A stretch of 64,000 bases of DNA. Origin: Squalus acanthias. Its lineage: Eukaryota. Position 1 is the stretch's first letter, and each line of letters starts with the position of its first letter. The DNA lies in contig JASTWF010000344.1 of the NCBI GenBank assembly GCA_030390025.1, forward strand, positions 124,001 through 188,000, written 5' to 3'. The notes under the pieces are model-generated. The model saw only the letters and a program-made list of their open reading frames with translations. It did not search any database and had not been told where the DNA came from. Shown piece after piece: positions 13,600 through 27,962 of this stretch. The translations under genes and the position numbers were made by a program.

Positions 13600-15185
13600 G
13601 ACAGCACCAAAAGATATTGGGAAAGAGGTAAATCCTGAATTGGTTAAAAGCGAGAGGAGATAAATTACAATAAATCAAAGTATTAGAGAAGTCAGTTAAG
13701 CTAAATGAGGACAAAATACCAGGGCCTAATGGAATATATCCAAGGAAAATGAGGAAGAAATAGCAACAGCCCTAGGAATTATATTTCAGGGTGCTACTGA
13801 GAGTGGGTGTGTGCCGAAGGACTGGAGAGTGGCCAATGTAATACCCATTTTCAAAAAGGGAAAGCGCTACCCTGGGTAATTAATGTTATGCAGACAGACT
13901 AGATAAGCAGTTCCCCTTAGAGCAAAGAAGGTTATGGGGAGATTTAATAGAAGTGCTCAAAATTATGAGGGGTTTTGATAGTTTCTCCCTATCTAATCGG
14001 TTTCCACTGGCAGAAGGGTCAGTAACCAGAGGACACAGATAAGATAATTGGCAAAAAAGCCAGGGGAAGGATTTAAAAAAATTTTTTTTGAACACAATGT
14101 GTTATGATCTGGAATTCACTGCCTGAAAGGGTGGAGGAAGCAGATTCAATAGTAGCTTTCAAAAGGGAATTGGATAAATACTTGAAAAGCAAAAATTTGC
14201 AAGGCTATGGGGAAAGAGCAAGGGAGTGGTTAGAAAATTGGATTAAAAACTGGTTAGAAGGGAGGAAACAGAATAGGAGTTAAGGGTAGTTTCTCAGAGT
14301 GGTGTCCCATAGGGTTTGGTTCTGGAACCACTTCTGTTCACTGTGTACATCAATAATTTTGATACAGGACTAGAGGGAGTGGTGTCCAAATTTTCAGAAG
14401 ATACTAAAATAGGAGGCAGAGTAAATAATTCTGTGGATCAAAGAAAACTGGAAGGGGATACTGATAAGATGGTGGAATGGCAAAAAAGTGGCATTCAATG
14501 TCAGTAAGTGTGATAAATTTTGATAAAATAAAGGTAATAATGATACTTTGAATGAGGGAAAGCTGGGAGATATGGAAGAGCAGAGGGATTTAGGACTTCG
14601 GGTTCACAACATTAAAAGCAGCGCCTCAAGTGGATACGGAAATAGAAAAAGATAATGGAATCCTGGGCTTTATGGCAAGAGGTGTAGAATATAAAAGTGG
14701 AGATGTAATGGTGAATCTGTAAAAACCTTAGTTGGGTACTGTGTGCAGTTTTGGGCTCCACACTATAGAGAAGGCAATAGAGAGGGTACAGCACAGATTC
14801 ACCAGGATTCTGCTGGTACGAGGAAATACAAAGAAAGACGTGAATAATTGGGGCTGTTTTCATCAAAAAAGTGGAGATCATGGGGTGATTTGATAGAGGG
14901 GATGGGACAGAGTAGAAACAGACGGTTTCCAGTGATTGAGGGGTCCACAGTGAGGGGACATATTAAATATAAATTTGAGAGAGAGCAGGAACTTTTTTTA
15001 AACAGAGGCTGCGGACTGAACTAGTGATTGAAGCAGAGACCATGTCAACATTTGAGAACAGGTTAGATAGGTGGTTGAAAGAAAGGGGGATAAAGGGATC
15101 TGGGAACAGGGATTAGGACAAGTGCTCATGTGGATGATGAGCACCAACACGGACTGATTGGGCCGTTTCTGCGTTGTAATTGCGA
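13600..15185 (+). mobile_element. Old CR1 fragment with a younger CR1 3' piece at about 13888-14230, inside the U12 intron
   Basis: Decayed RT motifs (ORF 14316..14507) and two 3'-end segments. Confidence 0.8.
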
Positions 15186-15314
15186 TGTAATGTTGGAATG
15201 AACTAATACAGGACCTCATACCAGTTACTGAAAATTCTCCCATAACCTCTTGCAGGCAAAATTTGCAGATTGCAGCGGTCAGCTCTTTAAAGACTGCATT
15301 GCAAAGCAAATAAA

Positions 15315-15850
15315 GAAAGCACTTGAATTTTTATGGAGCCTTTCACGACCTCAGGACATCCCAAAGTGGTTCCCAGCCAATGAAGTACTGTTTTTTTTTT
15401 TTAAAAGTGTAGTCACGGCTGTAATATAGGGAAATGCAGCAGCCAATTTGTACACAGCGAGGTCCCAGAAGAGTCAATGTAATAAATGATCAGATAATCT
15501 GTTTTAGTGATACTGGTTTAGGGGTAAATATTAATCAGGACTCTGGGGAGAACGCCACTGCTCTTCTTCCACTAGAATGTTACAGCACAGGAGGCCATTC
15601 GGCCTATCGTGCCTGTGCCGGCTCTTTGAAAGAGCTCTCCAATTAGTCCCACTCCCCCGGCTCTTTCCCTGTAGCCCTGCAAATTTTTCCCCTTCAAGTA
15701 TTTATCCAATTCCCTTTTGATAGTTATTATTGAATCTGCTTCCACCGCCCTTTCACGCAGCGCACCCTTTCATAGCGCCATGGGATCTTTTACGTCCATG
15801 AGGGGGCAGGCGGGGCCTCGATTCAACATCTCATCCGAAAGACGGCAATT
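15315..15850 (-). mobile_element. DeuSINE interrupted by a short CR1 3' fragment (about 15573-15760)
   Basis: SINE halves flank a CR1 tail. Confidence 0.75.
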
Positions 15851-15877
15851 CCAGCGGGGCAGAAGCTGGCCTTATCA

Positions 15878-16114
<237 letters not shown>

Positions 16115-17573
16115 TTACTTCAAACTGTCGGGCAACCCATTCACATGCTACTCCAATACAGAACTGGCCCACTTTTAGATATTTGCTTAAAAGCTGCCTA
16201 AGATACAGTAACGGGTGGGCTAAAGATTACTGATTCAGTGTTTGTCCCCCTACCCCCAAAAGATGCTGAGGTATGGATCCTGGGCGCCCTCTGGCACCAT
16301 GCCCATGATGTGTGTGTGAACCCAGTGAGTGTTGGCAGGCTGTTCAGCCAGAGGCATCACAGTAGACCTCAATCCTGCCCTCAACACCCACACATCCAGA
16401 GAAAGCTGGATAACATCAAAGAGCAAGAACGCTGGATGTTTTTCTCCCTCTTAATCCAGATGCATGGAGCTCATTGCAGCCAAACTACTGCTGGGCCCAG
16501 CAGGGATCCAATCTGCCACCTTTCTAGTCTGTGTGACTCAATGAATAAACTCTGAAGCACCAGCGGAGCATAATGATACAAAATTAAATGGATAAATCGA
16601 TGCCGTTCTACGGCAAACAGTGGATTTCAGGGCCGAAGTGCTCCTTTCCCCAACAATGACTAAAGCTGCACCTCCGCAGGTACAGGGCTGGGATTCTGTC
16701 AATCTGTATGCTTAGGGACATCCGTTTTAGCCAATTGGGTTGTGGAAGCAGCTGGCCTGGGAACTACTCGCCTTTGAAAATAAGTGAGCGACTATCCACA
16801 CTGCAACAAGCGTGTCTGCAGTCCACACCCAAGTTAGCGAGTGTCCGCGGCAGTGCCCAAACCCTCCTGCTGAGCAGCTACTCTGTCGAACCCAGTGTTG
16901 CCAGGTGATGGGAGTCTTCTTGGGTGTGTCACACATGAGGTACTGTTGCCCAATGCTAAAGAATTCTAATTGTTCCTTTCACTGGTCTCAAGACTGTGCT
17001 GTACATACTGTCAAGCAGTGTCGCTTTTACTCAGTGCTGCACAACATTCAGCTTTGTATCTCTGTACTTAAACATATTTTACACCAGAATGGAAAACTCA
17101 CTCTTTATACAATATATGAATGTTACACACAATTCATTTTACATTTCTTCTATTTTATTAGCATAATGACAGGCACTATACAAACAGAACACTGACTGGG
17201 AGCTCTGCGATATAGATTTACTTGTGATTGGAGAGTTTTGTCACTTGAGCGGTCGAGGCTCACCAACTCCTGAAGTAAACGCAGCACTGCACCCAGCATT
17301 CCTCACTCAATAACTTCAATCAAGTGAGAAACCACATGGAATCGGCTACAGTTTATGGTTACTGAAAGGGCTCCTCTGGACCCCTCACCATTCCCCAGTG
17401 CGGGGAAGAGGACCTGTCCTGTGTGACACTGCTCCCGTCACTTGCTGCCTTCCATTGAAGGTACAACACAATCAGGATATTGAGTGCAAACGCCTTACTG
17501 CACAATCAGGATCGCTGGGCCAACACACCAGCTGCCCCATTCCTTTTAATTTGAAAGAACCACATGTAAATCA

Positions 17574-17669
<96 letters not shown>

Positions 17670-18937
17670 CTAAAATTAGAAACAGAACTAAACTCATTTA
17701 CTGGTTCAAGCATTGAGATAATTAGCTGGATATAAAAAGGAAAGAGCTGGTTAGATTATTCATTGTGCCCTTATTAGAGGGTCACTCCAGTTTAAATACT
17801 TAAAAAATAAAAAGGAAAAATAGCAGTTAGCTCTGCCCACACACACTAATTAATCTCCAGGTTATATCGGAAGGTTTGCACATGTAGATTGAGCCCATGG
17901 TGGTGACACGGGCTGTAAGGATCAGCTATCCCAGGGTTCGAGGGCATCCACGAAGTGACAAAGTCCTTTTGGGCCTCAATAAAAATGTATTCAACCTGCA
18001 CAAGCTCAAATTTAAACGCGTCAGAATTCATTCATCAGCTTGGGTCCCAACAGCGTCCCACACGAGAGGGAATCAACACATGACTTTAGATCAAGCCAAA
18101 ATTGTGGCTTAAAATAACAGCCCCGTTAACTTTAAATAATTTAGTTAAAGGGGAACATTATAGGAAGGAGAAGGAAGAGAAGTACAAGTACACTGTGAGG
18201 TGTTCTATGCCTCACAGTTGTTCACTCAAGTGGACATTATTCCATGTGAGAATTGCCAAGCTTTCAGATATTTTGGATATAGTATCATCCCCGTACCTCT
18301 CTTCAAAGTAAACACTTTACCTCGCCTCGTAACTCGGACCTTAAGATGAGTGCCAGTTTATTTGCCCTTTCCTGCACTGCCTCTAATGGCTCCCACCTTT
18401 GCTGTAGTACCAGTGACCAGAATTCTACCCAGTCTCTGGGTGTGGCCAAGGTCACACTAAACTGGGTGCAAGAGATGCCCCAGCCACTGTCCTTACTGCT
18501 GCCGCATAGTGTGCTGATGGTTTCACTAAGCTGCCCTTCAATACCCAGATCCCTCTCCTTTGTAACCGTAGCACTAGAGCCATTTAGTTCATCTCCCCAC
18601 TATTTATTTCCTTCTCTAGTCCCATTACCGTAAATTTATCATTGGCTCCCAACCTATCTAGATCCCTGGCTTACCTCCTCCAGTTCACCGGAGCCTGTTA
18701 CTCTTCTTGTCCAACACCTACACACATACACTTCCAGCAGTAGTCGCTGGGTAGTGATCAGGACTAGGAACTATGGCTGACTTCCCCCCTAACCCCAGTG
18801 CCACACCAGCTGACTCACTGGGTAAACTCAAGTGTCACGGAGGGAGCCTTTTCCAGGGCTCCTCAGCAGCCAGGGACGTGGAATCAGCTACCAGATACTT
18901 TTACAGGGAATGACCCTCACAAAGGAACCATGACTTA

Positions 18938-19183
<246 letters not shown>

Positions 19184-19888
19184 CTAAACATAGAGAGAGA
19201 GTCCCCATTACCATTTTATAGATTGACATTTCAATTTCTAATCAAACTAAATATTCTGAAGATAAACTAAATTTGTGGTCAACATTGAGTAACTGCACAC
19301 TGTTGTACGTTACAGTACAGATCAGCTACACCCTGTGCCCATCTGGTACCTCCATACCCTGCAATTATCTGGGAGCTTTCCTTTTAGATTTCAATGACTG
19401 TTGCCACATACACTACCAGCCTGTTACATGGTACACCAGTGCACTCACATCCTCCTTCTGCTCACCAAGCCTGAGCAGCTGGAGGTACACACTGCGTGTT
19501 CAGTGCACAGACTGTGTACAAATTGCTCAATATCATTCTAACTAAACTGGGTGCGAGAGATGCCCCAGCCACTGTCCTTGGACAATGTTCTACAACTACA
19601 CAGCCACAGTGCAACAGTAGAGGATGCAGTGAGCTTAGCTGGCACCCAGATTTAACTGACACTGGGAAATACTGCATCAGTAAGAGTCCACAGGAATGAG
19701 AAGGTTGTCAGGACTTCCAGAATACTGTAAACAAACAGGACAACAGGCTACCAAAGCTCTGATGACAGGTTTGACAGCTGTGTGACTTGCAATCGGTGAT
19801 ACTGCTTCACCTGGATGCTCTTGTTCCATATATTACAGATTCCCTTTTCGCGCTGGATTGGTGTCAGTTTATACCAACTCGCCCATTA

Positions 19889-20113
<225 letters not shown>

Positions 20114-20751
20114 TTAAATTGTTTCTGCCCTCTTCTGAAGGCACTGAGCAAGGAGAACCAGATTATAGATCATCTGACAGGAAATGGGTTCAATTGAATC
20201 AAAGCAGCCTTCGACAATGACAAGATTTAAAATTTATCACTGTGGTGTTAAACCAAACATTGTGGTTTTGTCCCATTGTTTTGATGGACATCACTACTGC
20301 AAATTCTAAGTTTACACCATATGTTCCACCTATTGTTTCATTAGTTCCTTTTGCACAAAATGGGTTTAATTGAAACGTTACTTCCCAATAACACGGTGGC
20401 ATTAATGCTCCAGATGAGACAATGAGCTTGTGCACTCAGACAGTGTCAAATGTTGCTCAGAGATGATATTACGCAAATTAAAACACTATGGTGTTTCAGA
20501 CTCTTAATTTCACTTAAAATTCAAGTTGACAACTGCAGAATAAAAGACTTTACATCCTTGTATTGGAAAATGAGATATCTGCATTATTCAAAGGATACGA
20601 GGAAATTTGTTCTGCATTTACGTCTCCTGCCCTTTACTAATGGATTGCCACAACATGAGCAGTAGAAATGCATACATTTGGAAACAAGCTGATGAAAGGA
20701 TTGATGGTTAATCCTAGAGCCTAGGATTGTGTACTGGTGAAGTGTAGCTGT

Positions 20752-21037
20752 AGCAGGAGGCTGCACGCAGGCACAGGCTCACCAGCAGGAGGCTGCACGC
20801 GGGCACAGGCTCACCAGCAGGAGGCTGCACGCGGGCACAGGCTCACCAGCAGGAGGCTGCACGCGGGCACAGGCTCACCAGCAGGAGGCTGCACGCGGGC
20901 ACAGGCTCACCAGCAGGAGGCTGCACGCGGGCACAGGCTCACCAGCAGGAGGCTGCACGCGGGCACAGGCTCACCAGCAGGAGGCTGCACGCGGGCACAG
21001 GCTCACCAGCAGGAGGCTGCACGCGGGCACAGGCTCA
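20752..21037. repeat. Minisatellite, 32-bp unit AGCAGGAGGCTGCACGCGGGCACAGGCTCACC, about 9 copies
   Basis: Unit starts at 20752, 20784 and so on up to 21008. Confidence 0.97.
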
Positions 21038-21221
21038 GCTTTCTCTCCTTTTTATTTTAAATGTGGTTATATCATTTCCAATCTCAACTTCCGATGACAT
21101 GTCTACCTGATTTGTCTCCCTGGATCTTTCCTGCTCTGTGCTTCAGCTGTTTGCCTTCATCAGCTGACTCATTTGTTGTTTAATCTTTTAACCCTCTGCA
21201 TTTCCAGACCGAGCTCACTTA

Positions 21222-21431
<210 letters not shown>

Positions 21432-21534
21432 TTACACAACCTCAATCAAAAAGGTGAGCTCTCCCTCAGCTGACCAAGTGAAAGTTTTATCGCCAGTAAG
21501 AGGCTGATACTGAGGCTCCACTTGGACAGCGAAA

Positions 21535-21878
21535 GAAATTAACAAATTCACATCGCACCTTTCATGTCTTCAGGACATCCCAAGGGACTTCATAGCTAAT
21601 CAATTACTTTTGAAGTGTAACCACTTATGCAGGCAAACAGAGCAGCCAATCTACAAACAGCAAGGTCTCAATGAGATAAACAACCAATTAAACTGTTTTC
21701 ACTGATGTTGATTGAGGGATAAATATTGGCCAAGACACTGGGGAAAACTCCTCTGCTCATCTTCAAATAGTGCCATGGGATCATTTACATCCATCTGAAC
21801 AGGCAGACTGGGCCTCGATTTAGCATCTCATTCGAAAGACGGCACCTGCGACAGTCCAGCATTCCCTCAGTACTGCAG
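21535..21878 (-). mobile_element. DeuSINE lacking its 5' part, followed by an L2 fragment to about 21978
   Basis: Similarity to the other SINE copies in the window. Confidence 0.75.
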
Positions 21879-22364
21879 TCTTCCCAATATTTCGCTGGAG
21901 GAAATTTCTGCTCATCCAGTACTGGATGTCGGACAAGCAGTCTGACAATTTAGAGAGTGGAGGGGTTGAGAGAAGTGGTGGCGAGGTAAAGCTGGGTGAA
22001 TAAAGTTAATCCTTTCCGTAGTACTGAATTCTCCTTCTCCACTCTCCTCCTGACCAGTGCTGCAACAGCCGATTTGGTAACTCACTTTACCCTAAGCACC
22101 TGCCACTAAATCAATAATCTTCCAGCACTTTTAGTAGCGTGCAGAAATACCATATTATATTATTTATAACGGATTAACAAGTAGCGCTGGAATCTTCATT
22201 TCACTGCAGGTGAGCTGGCAGAATATTTCATCTTTGCATGAACTGATAACAGTGAAAACAGTTAATCCTTTTGTTGATATCAGTGGAGCAAGGTTATTAA
22301 GTCTATGAGGGAACTGAATTAATGCAACGAACAAGGTAAGTTGTAGATAAATAGTTCATGAAGC

Positions 22365-22704
22365 CATTCAGGACATCCCAATTCTACTTTTCAAAGTACA
22401 GTTACTGTTATTTGGGCAATCACAGCAGACAATCTGCCCACAAGTTCCAATAGCTAGGAGCGGCCAGTTAATCTGCTTTCAGTGGTTTGGGTTGAGGGAG
22501 GAGTGTTGCCCAGAACACTGGAGTACTCCCTACACTTCTTCAAATAATGCCACGGGATCTTATGTCCACCTGAATAGGCAGGTGGGACCTTCAGTTGCAG
22601 TCTCACCTCCAACAATGCAGAACTTCCCCCAATACTGCACTGGAGCGTCAGCCGAGATTCTGTGCTCAAGTCCTGGAGTAAGGCCTGAACCCACAAACTT
22701 CTGC

Positions 22705-22735
<31 letters not shown>

Positions 22736-22741
22736 AGCTGA
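22365..22741 (-). mobile_element. DeuSINE, diverged
   Basis: tRNA-like head at 22670-22740 and a Deu-like body. Confidence 0.75.
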
Positions 22742-22801
22742 TGCTAAAAAAATTCCTTCAGAAAGAGGCTCTAATTTGCGTATCACAGGAACCCTCACTC
22801 A

Positions 22802-22954
<153 letters not shown>

Positions 22955-23414
22955 TCACACTTTGATGGGGAATCAGGTTTTGGAACAATACTTTAGAAAA
23001 AGACGACGACAAAAGGAGGAAATGGAGGAGAGGACCAGGAACATGTGCCCATCTCTTTAAATTCAGCAGCAGCCAGTCAGAAAACCATCCACTAGATGCG
23101 TTGTTCAAGCAGCATTTTCCAGCCAAGGGACCAGATGGAACAGGATTGACTTCAGATTAAAAAGTCAGTTCAAGGGATAACAAAGGGTTCTCGCACAGGA
23201 TAACAAACGAGGCCAATTATTTTTCCAATACCACAATCCATACATAACTAGGAACAAAAACATTATCTACACCCAGTATCGACAGATTATTACAGTTGAG
23301 AGTCACAGGTGCTGTTATCGCCATTAATGTGACAAACTTAGAAGATGGAAGTGGTTAGGAGTGCAATTACTGGCCATTCACTGAATGTATCCACTCAATG
23401 TAAAACTGTTAACA

Positions 23415-23633
23415 GGGATACTCCCACGCGGCGTTACACGGGGCGGGATACTCCCACGCGGCGTTACACTCCCACGCGGCGTTACACGGGGCGGGATGCT
23501 CCCACGCGGCGTTAGACGGGGCGGGATACTCCCACGCGGCGTTACACGGGGCGGGATACTCCCACGCGGCTTTACACAGGGCGGGATACTCCCACGCGGC
23601 TTTACACGGGGCGGGATACTCCCACAGCTTTAC
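23415..23633. repeat. Minisatellite, 30-bp unit GGGATACTCCCACGCGGCGTTACACGGGGC, about 7 copies
   Basis: Directly visible. Confidence 0.95.
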
Positions 23634-24023
23634 ATGTGGAGGGTATTTGATTGCAATCCCAAACTGGTTACTTTGACCCCATGTAACTCTGACGAAGGCA
23701 CTAGTTTGGGAACATGCAACAGGAGATTGATGCATGGAGTTCAGGAACGACTTGACAAATTAGGGTAATAACCTTCTGCCAAGTCCAAAACCAGAGAGCA
23801 GACGCAACAGGAACAGGACAAGAGTGGGGTCGTGGCTTTGGTTCAGGGATTTGCTTCGATGAAAATTCATCCAAAACCGTAAATGCTTGACAATTAACAC
23901 CCCGGTGCAATTAAAAACAGAAGCAAGTTAATAAAATGTTCTTTTGTTATAAAAATCAGATATTTGGCATTCACTACCCATCTAATTTCTAGATGAACTA
24001 CCCAAAACCAGATGGGTGACAAC

Positions 24024-24134
24024 CAACATTCCCACTAAGCTGCGCAGGCCGTTCACTGGCTTTCATATGGGAGAAACAAAGCATGCGCGATAATTTGAAT
24101 GGGCCGCGCAGCCAGTTAAAAAGTGGGAACATTA
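24024..24134. mobile_element. hAT-type MITE (111 bp)
   Basis: Perfect 8-bp TSD GTGACAAC (24016-24023 and 24135-24142); imperfect TIR CAACATTCCCACT / AGTGGGAACATTA. Confidence 0.8.
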
Positions 24135-24846
24135 GTGACAACCTAGAGCTAGGCTCTAAATTACAAAAATGAACTTGAATAACTGATGCGATTCTCATTA
24201 GGTTTGAGCAGGAGGAGACTCTATTCAGGTGTCTAAAGACTGATAAACATCCTGATTGCCAGCAGTATCATAACAAGCTGTGATCGGAAGCACAAAATGA
24301 ACAAGCCTCAAAGATTAGAATTAGCAAAAGAAATTCCTGCTCCCCACAGTATAGTTACAGGAACGAACTCCAGAAATTTATGCAAATTCCTTAAAAAGAG
24401 AGCAGGATGAATATCTAAGAACTGGTTTGGAGGTTGCAAGGGTAGATTCTAGTTGGATCTGGTTCACTATGGGACACTAACTCCGGTAAAACTGGATTAA
24501 CATTCTAGAATTTAACCATTACCTTGAGGGATTCAGAGATTTTATTTCTGGTTACTTGTCTACCTCAGAGCAAGTTGGGCACCGCCTCTAACAAACTGTA
24601 CAGGGTCTCCAGAGGACAAAAGGGCTGTTTCACCTTCCACACTTCATGTTCTTAAAGCCAAGAACATCACTGCATAGGATTTGAAACTGACGATTTCTGC
24701 CACCTGCTCACTGATGTAATGAATGTTTCACTGAGTTATACAACAGAGAGGACAGGACATTGAGCACATTAATGCTGTGATGCTTAGCTCTCCTCATATT
24801 TCTTCCAACTTTTTCAAGGATTAAACAAAAAATCAGATTGTGGTAC

Positions 24847-24989
24847 CTGCAGGCATGCAGAGGAAGGTCCTTGGTGTAGTATGTATCCTCTTCATCCTCC
24901 TCAAAGTTCAGTTCCGGTAACAACTGACTTGCTTTGGCAACTGCATCATCAACTGCTCCATTCTGGAGAACACCGTCTGGTCCATTCAC
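24847..24989 (-). CDS. UPF1: UPF1 exon 2 (143 nt, [11 protein letters not shown]...[21 protein letters not shown])
   Basis: Recognisable UPF1 peptide; CCTAG| acceptor and CAG|GTACCA donor; phase fits exons 1 and 3. Confidence 0.97.
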
Positions 24990-27501
24990 CTAGGTGAAGA
25001 TGAAGAATCACCGTCAGTACACAGAGCAGAGTGAATGAAGCATTTACCTTCCATCGTATAGACCAATGGGCTTCCGTTCACAATGATCCACAGCTCTTTC
25101 GTATCCAACAGCAGGTGTAAAGAAGAAAAAGATTTGCTCCCATTTTCTATGCAATGCAAAGCCTGCTTTGTGCTGCAGTCCCGTCCCCTCCCCATCCACA
25201 CCAAACAGAAGCACGCTTCCGTGGTACATCAGTGAACCCTATCATCGTGCTGTGGAATGTAAGGCTGGTTTCACCATTCTACCATATTGGTTGTGTTAAG
25301 AGTCAGAAGGTGGCAAGTGTTTCCAGTGGGAGGGTGGTACCCCAGGCAGCCTTCACTCGCTCAAGAGCAGTACTGGCCACGGCTAAAATTGCAGGAAAAA
25401 CTGCTCTGTGAACAATCTGTACAAGTGCATAGTGCAGCAGAGGACGACTGAAAATGGCAGCACCCAGGGATTATGCTCCCCAACTAGAACATGTCTACAG
25501 TGTTTAACCCGCTACATCGGTCAGTCTGGCTGCCCCTTTTTCATCACTTCAACTAAGACTGATCAAGGCCAGAGAGTGTGTTAAATATCCATTAAAACAG
25601 TGTCTAGGAATGTCTAACTGAGTAATTGGAAGGATCATCATTATTACCTCATTCAGAAATCCTGCTACAGCTCTGCACAAGTGCCTTTCACATCAGAACA
25701 TCGGCCCTTTCCAACTACGTTAAAATATACAAGTGGGTCCAAGTGATTTGGAAAAAGTCCCATAAACTTTCAAAATAATAGTCTGGTACACAATGCAAGG
25801 ATCATAGATTTCAAGGTTCAGTTAATTCAAACCCAAAAAGATTAAAAGGAATTTAAATAGTCAACAGAAACAGACATTTTAAAAGCTCAAAACCTTGAGG
25901 TACATTCCTGAGATCAAGATATATTGTGTAAATACATTGAACACAAACTGTTTCACTAAACACCATTAAATGCATTTGCCCGATCACGAGAGACTCCCTG
26001 CAGTGACCGGACTCCTGTCTAACTGCGCAGCTGCTGTGCCGACCATTATAGATACAATGGAACATAGACCGAAACTTTGACAGCATTACATTTACTCTTC
26101 TGCAAATGCAAGTAAAGAAGCACGTTCAATAATTTATGAGAGGGAGTGACACCAATAATTATAAACTGTAAATGGCTTGAGACTCAGCTCTGCAAATCCA
26201 TTAGTATCAGAAATAATTAAAAATGCCCTTCATCTGTGAGGAGAATAATTGCTCAGATTTCTCTGCTGGCCCCGCAGTGCAGCAGGTACCTGAAAGGCCC
26301 GTGATTACTTACAGGGATTCCCCTCCTTTGCCAACTCTGCTATTCATGCAGTGCTGTGGCAACAATCGGTTGCTAATGTGCAACGCTGAACAGATATCCA
26401 ACTTGTAATGAAGCAGGATTGGTGGCTCGAGCATTCTGCACCTCCTTTCCGCAGTCGGTGTGAGGCATCTTAATCCACATCTCAGGTTAGTACAGCACAT
26501 CAGCAGCAAAAGGTCGCAGTGTGGCTAACACCTGCTCCTGCTAGTAACCTGGGCAATGACCAGTCTCTGGGTTAGCCAGTGAGTTTAGTGAAGGTGCAGG
26601 GGCTGTCCCCATTACCTGTGAAACAGGAGCAAACTGCAGGTGAAAGACAGGTTTGCTTTTCTTTTTTTAAATAAAAGTGTTTATTGGACATTCCCTATCG
26701 GCCAATAAAATAAATGCCAGTACTACTTGCCTAATGTGATTTGATCACAGAAACACGGTACACTGCACTACATTCTCACCAGTCAGAGAAGCAGAACAAT
26801 AGCAGCCATGGAGCAACAAGTTTCTCGTGTTATACAGGGCACGTTTTGAGGAGGCAGCACCAGCCCAGGTGGGGGACACTTTGAATTTCACTGAAGGTTT
26901 AGGCTGCTGTCTTCAGTTCAAACCGCTAGTACCTGGCCAGGTTGCACACTAAATCAGCAGCAGATTGCTACTGATGGATCCCCAAGTTAAAACCGGTCAC
27001 GCTGTTTGAAAATGGGATGGTGTTTGTCCTGAGTGAGCTCCCCTGTATGACCGACAGGCTTGATTAAGATACCACAACTACTGCTGGAGGGGGGGGTCTG
27101 GAAATCTGTTTCAACTTACACATTAGCAACAGGCTGTAACCACAGCATTGCATGAGTATGACAGCTGGCTGAGGGGGAATCCCGTTACTGTAACCATTGG
27201 ACTGTCAGGTAGCTGCACCACTGCAGCACAGAAATCCCAGCAATTCACTCTCTTTGTAAACTAAAAGCTAATCTTCAGTCATGAACTGCTCAGTTCTTCT
27301 CTCACAGCCACCCTCTAACCAATAACCTAATCAAACTAGATTCTAATCAGTCCCACGCTCGGGAATTCCCTCCCTAAACCTCTCCACCTCCTTCTCAAAA
27401 ACCCAGCTCTTCGACCAAGCTTTTGGTCGTGCCTCCTAATATTTCCTTCTTTAGCTTATCGTCCATTTTTGTTCGATTACGCCTCTGAAGTGCCTTGGGA
27501 C

Positions 27502-27641
27502 CAATGTTCCCTCTAATCTTTTTGGTCCGCGCGGCCCCTTTAACGGGCTGCGCAGACCATTCAAAATTCCGCGCATGTGCGGTTTTTCTATTTAAAAGCC
27601 GGCTCACTGGCTGCATGGGACCTGCAGAGCAGAGAACATTG
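27502..27641. mobile_element. hAT-type MITE (140 bp), same family, inserted in an L2 tail
   Basis: TIR CAATGTTC / GAACATTG; 8-bp TSD CTTGGGAC / CTTAGGAT. Confidence 0.8.
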
Positions 27642-27821
27642 CTTAGGATTTATGTTTTCCATTAGTCACTATATAAATGCAATTTATTGTTGCTGTGCAC
27701 CAGTTTCTTTGACAATTAATAATTTTCAGGTAAAAGAATAAATCAGAAACTTCCCCGTATGTCTCCTAGAACACGGATGGACAAAAGGCATTTGTTCCTC
27801 CAATTCAGAGTGTAACCTTTC

Positions 27822-27962
27822 GGGACGGGGAGGGAGCCGGCGACGGACTGGGAGGGAGCCGGCGACGGACGGGGAGGGAGCCGGCGACGGACGGGGAGGG
27901 AGCCGGCGACGGACGGGGAGGGAGCGGGTGAAGGAAGGGGAGGGAGCGGGCGAAGGAAGGGG
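27822..27962. repeat. G-rich minisatellite, 22-bp unit GACGGGGAGGGAGCCGGCGACG
   Basis: 22-nt periodicity that degenerates towards the 3' end. Confidence 0.9.

Noticed and set aside
23688..23716. CTGACGAAGGCAC... as another hammerhead
   Set aside because: No convincing stem II or GAAA downstream; at best a decayed relic.
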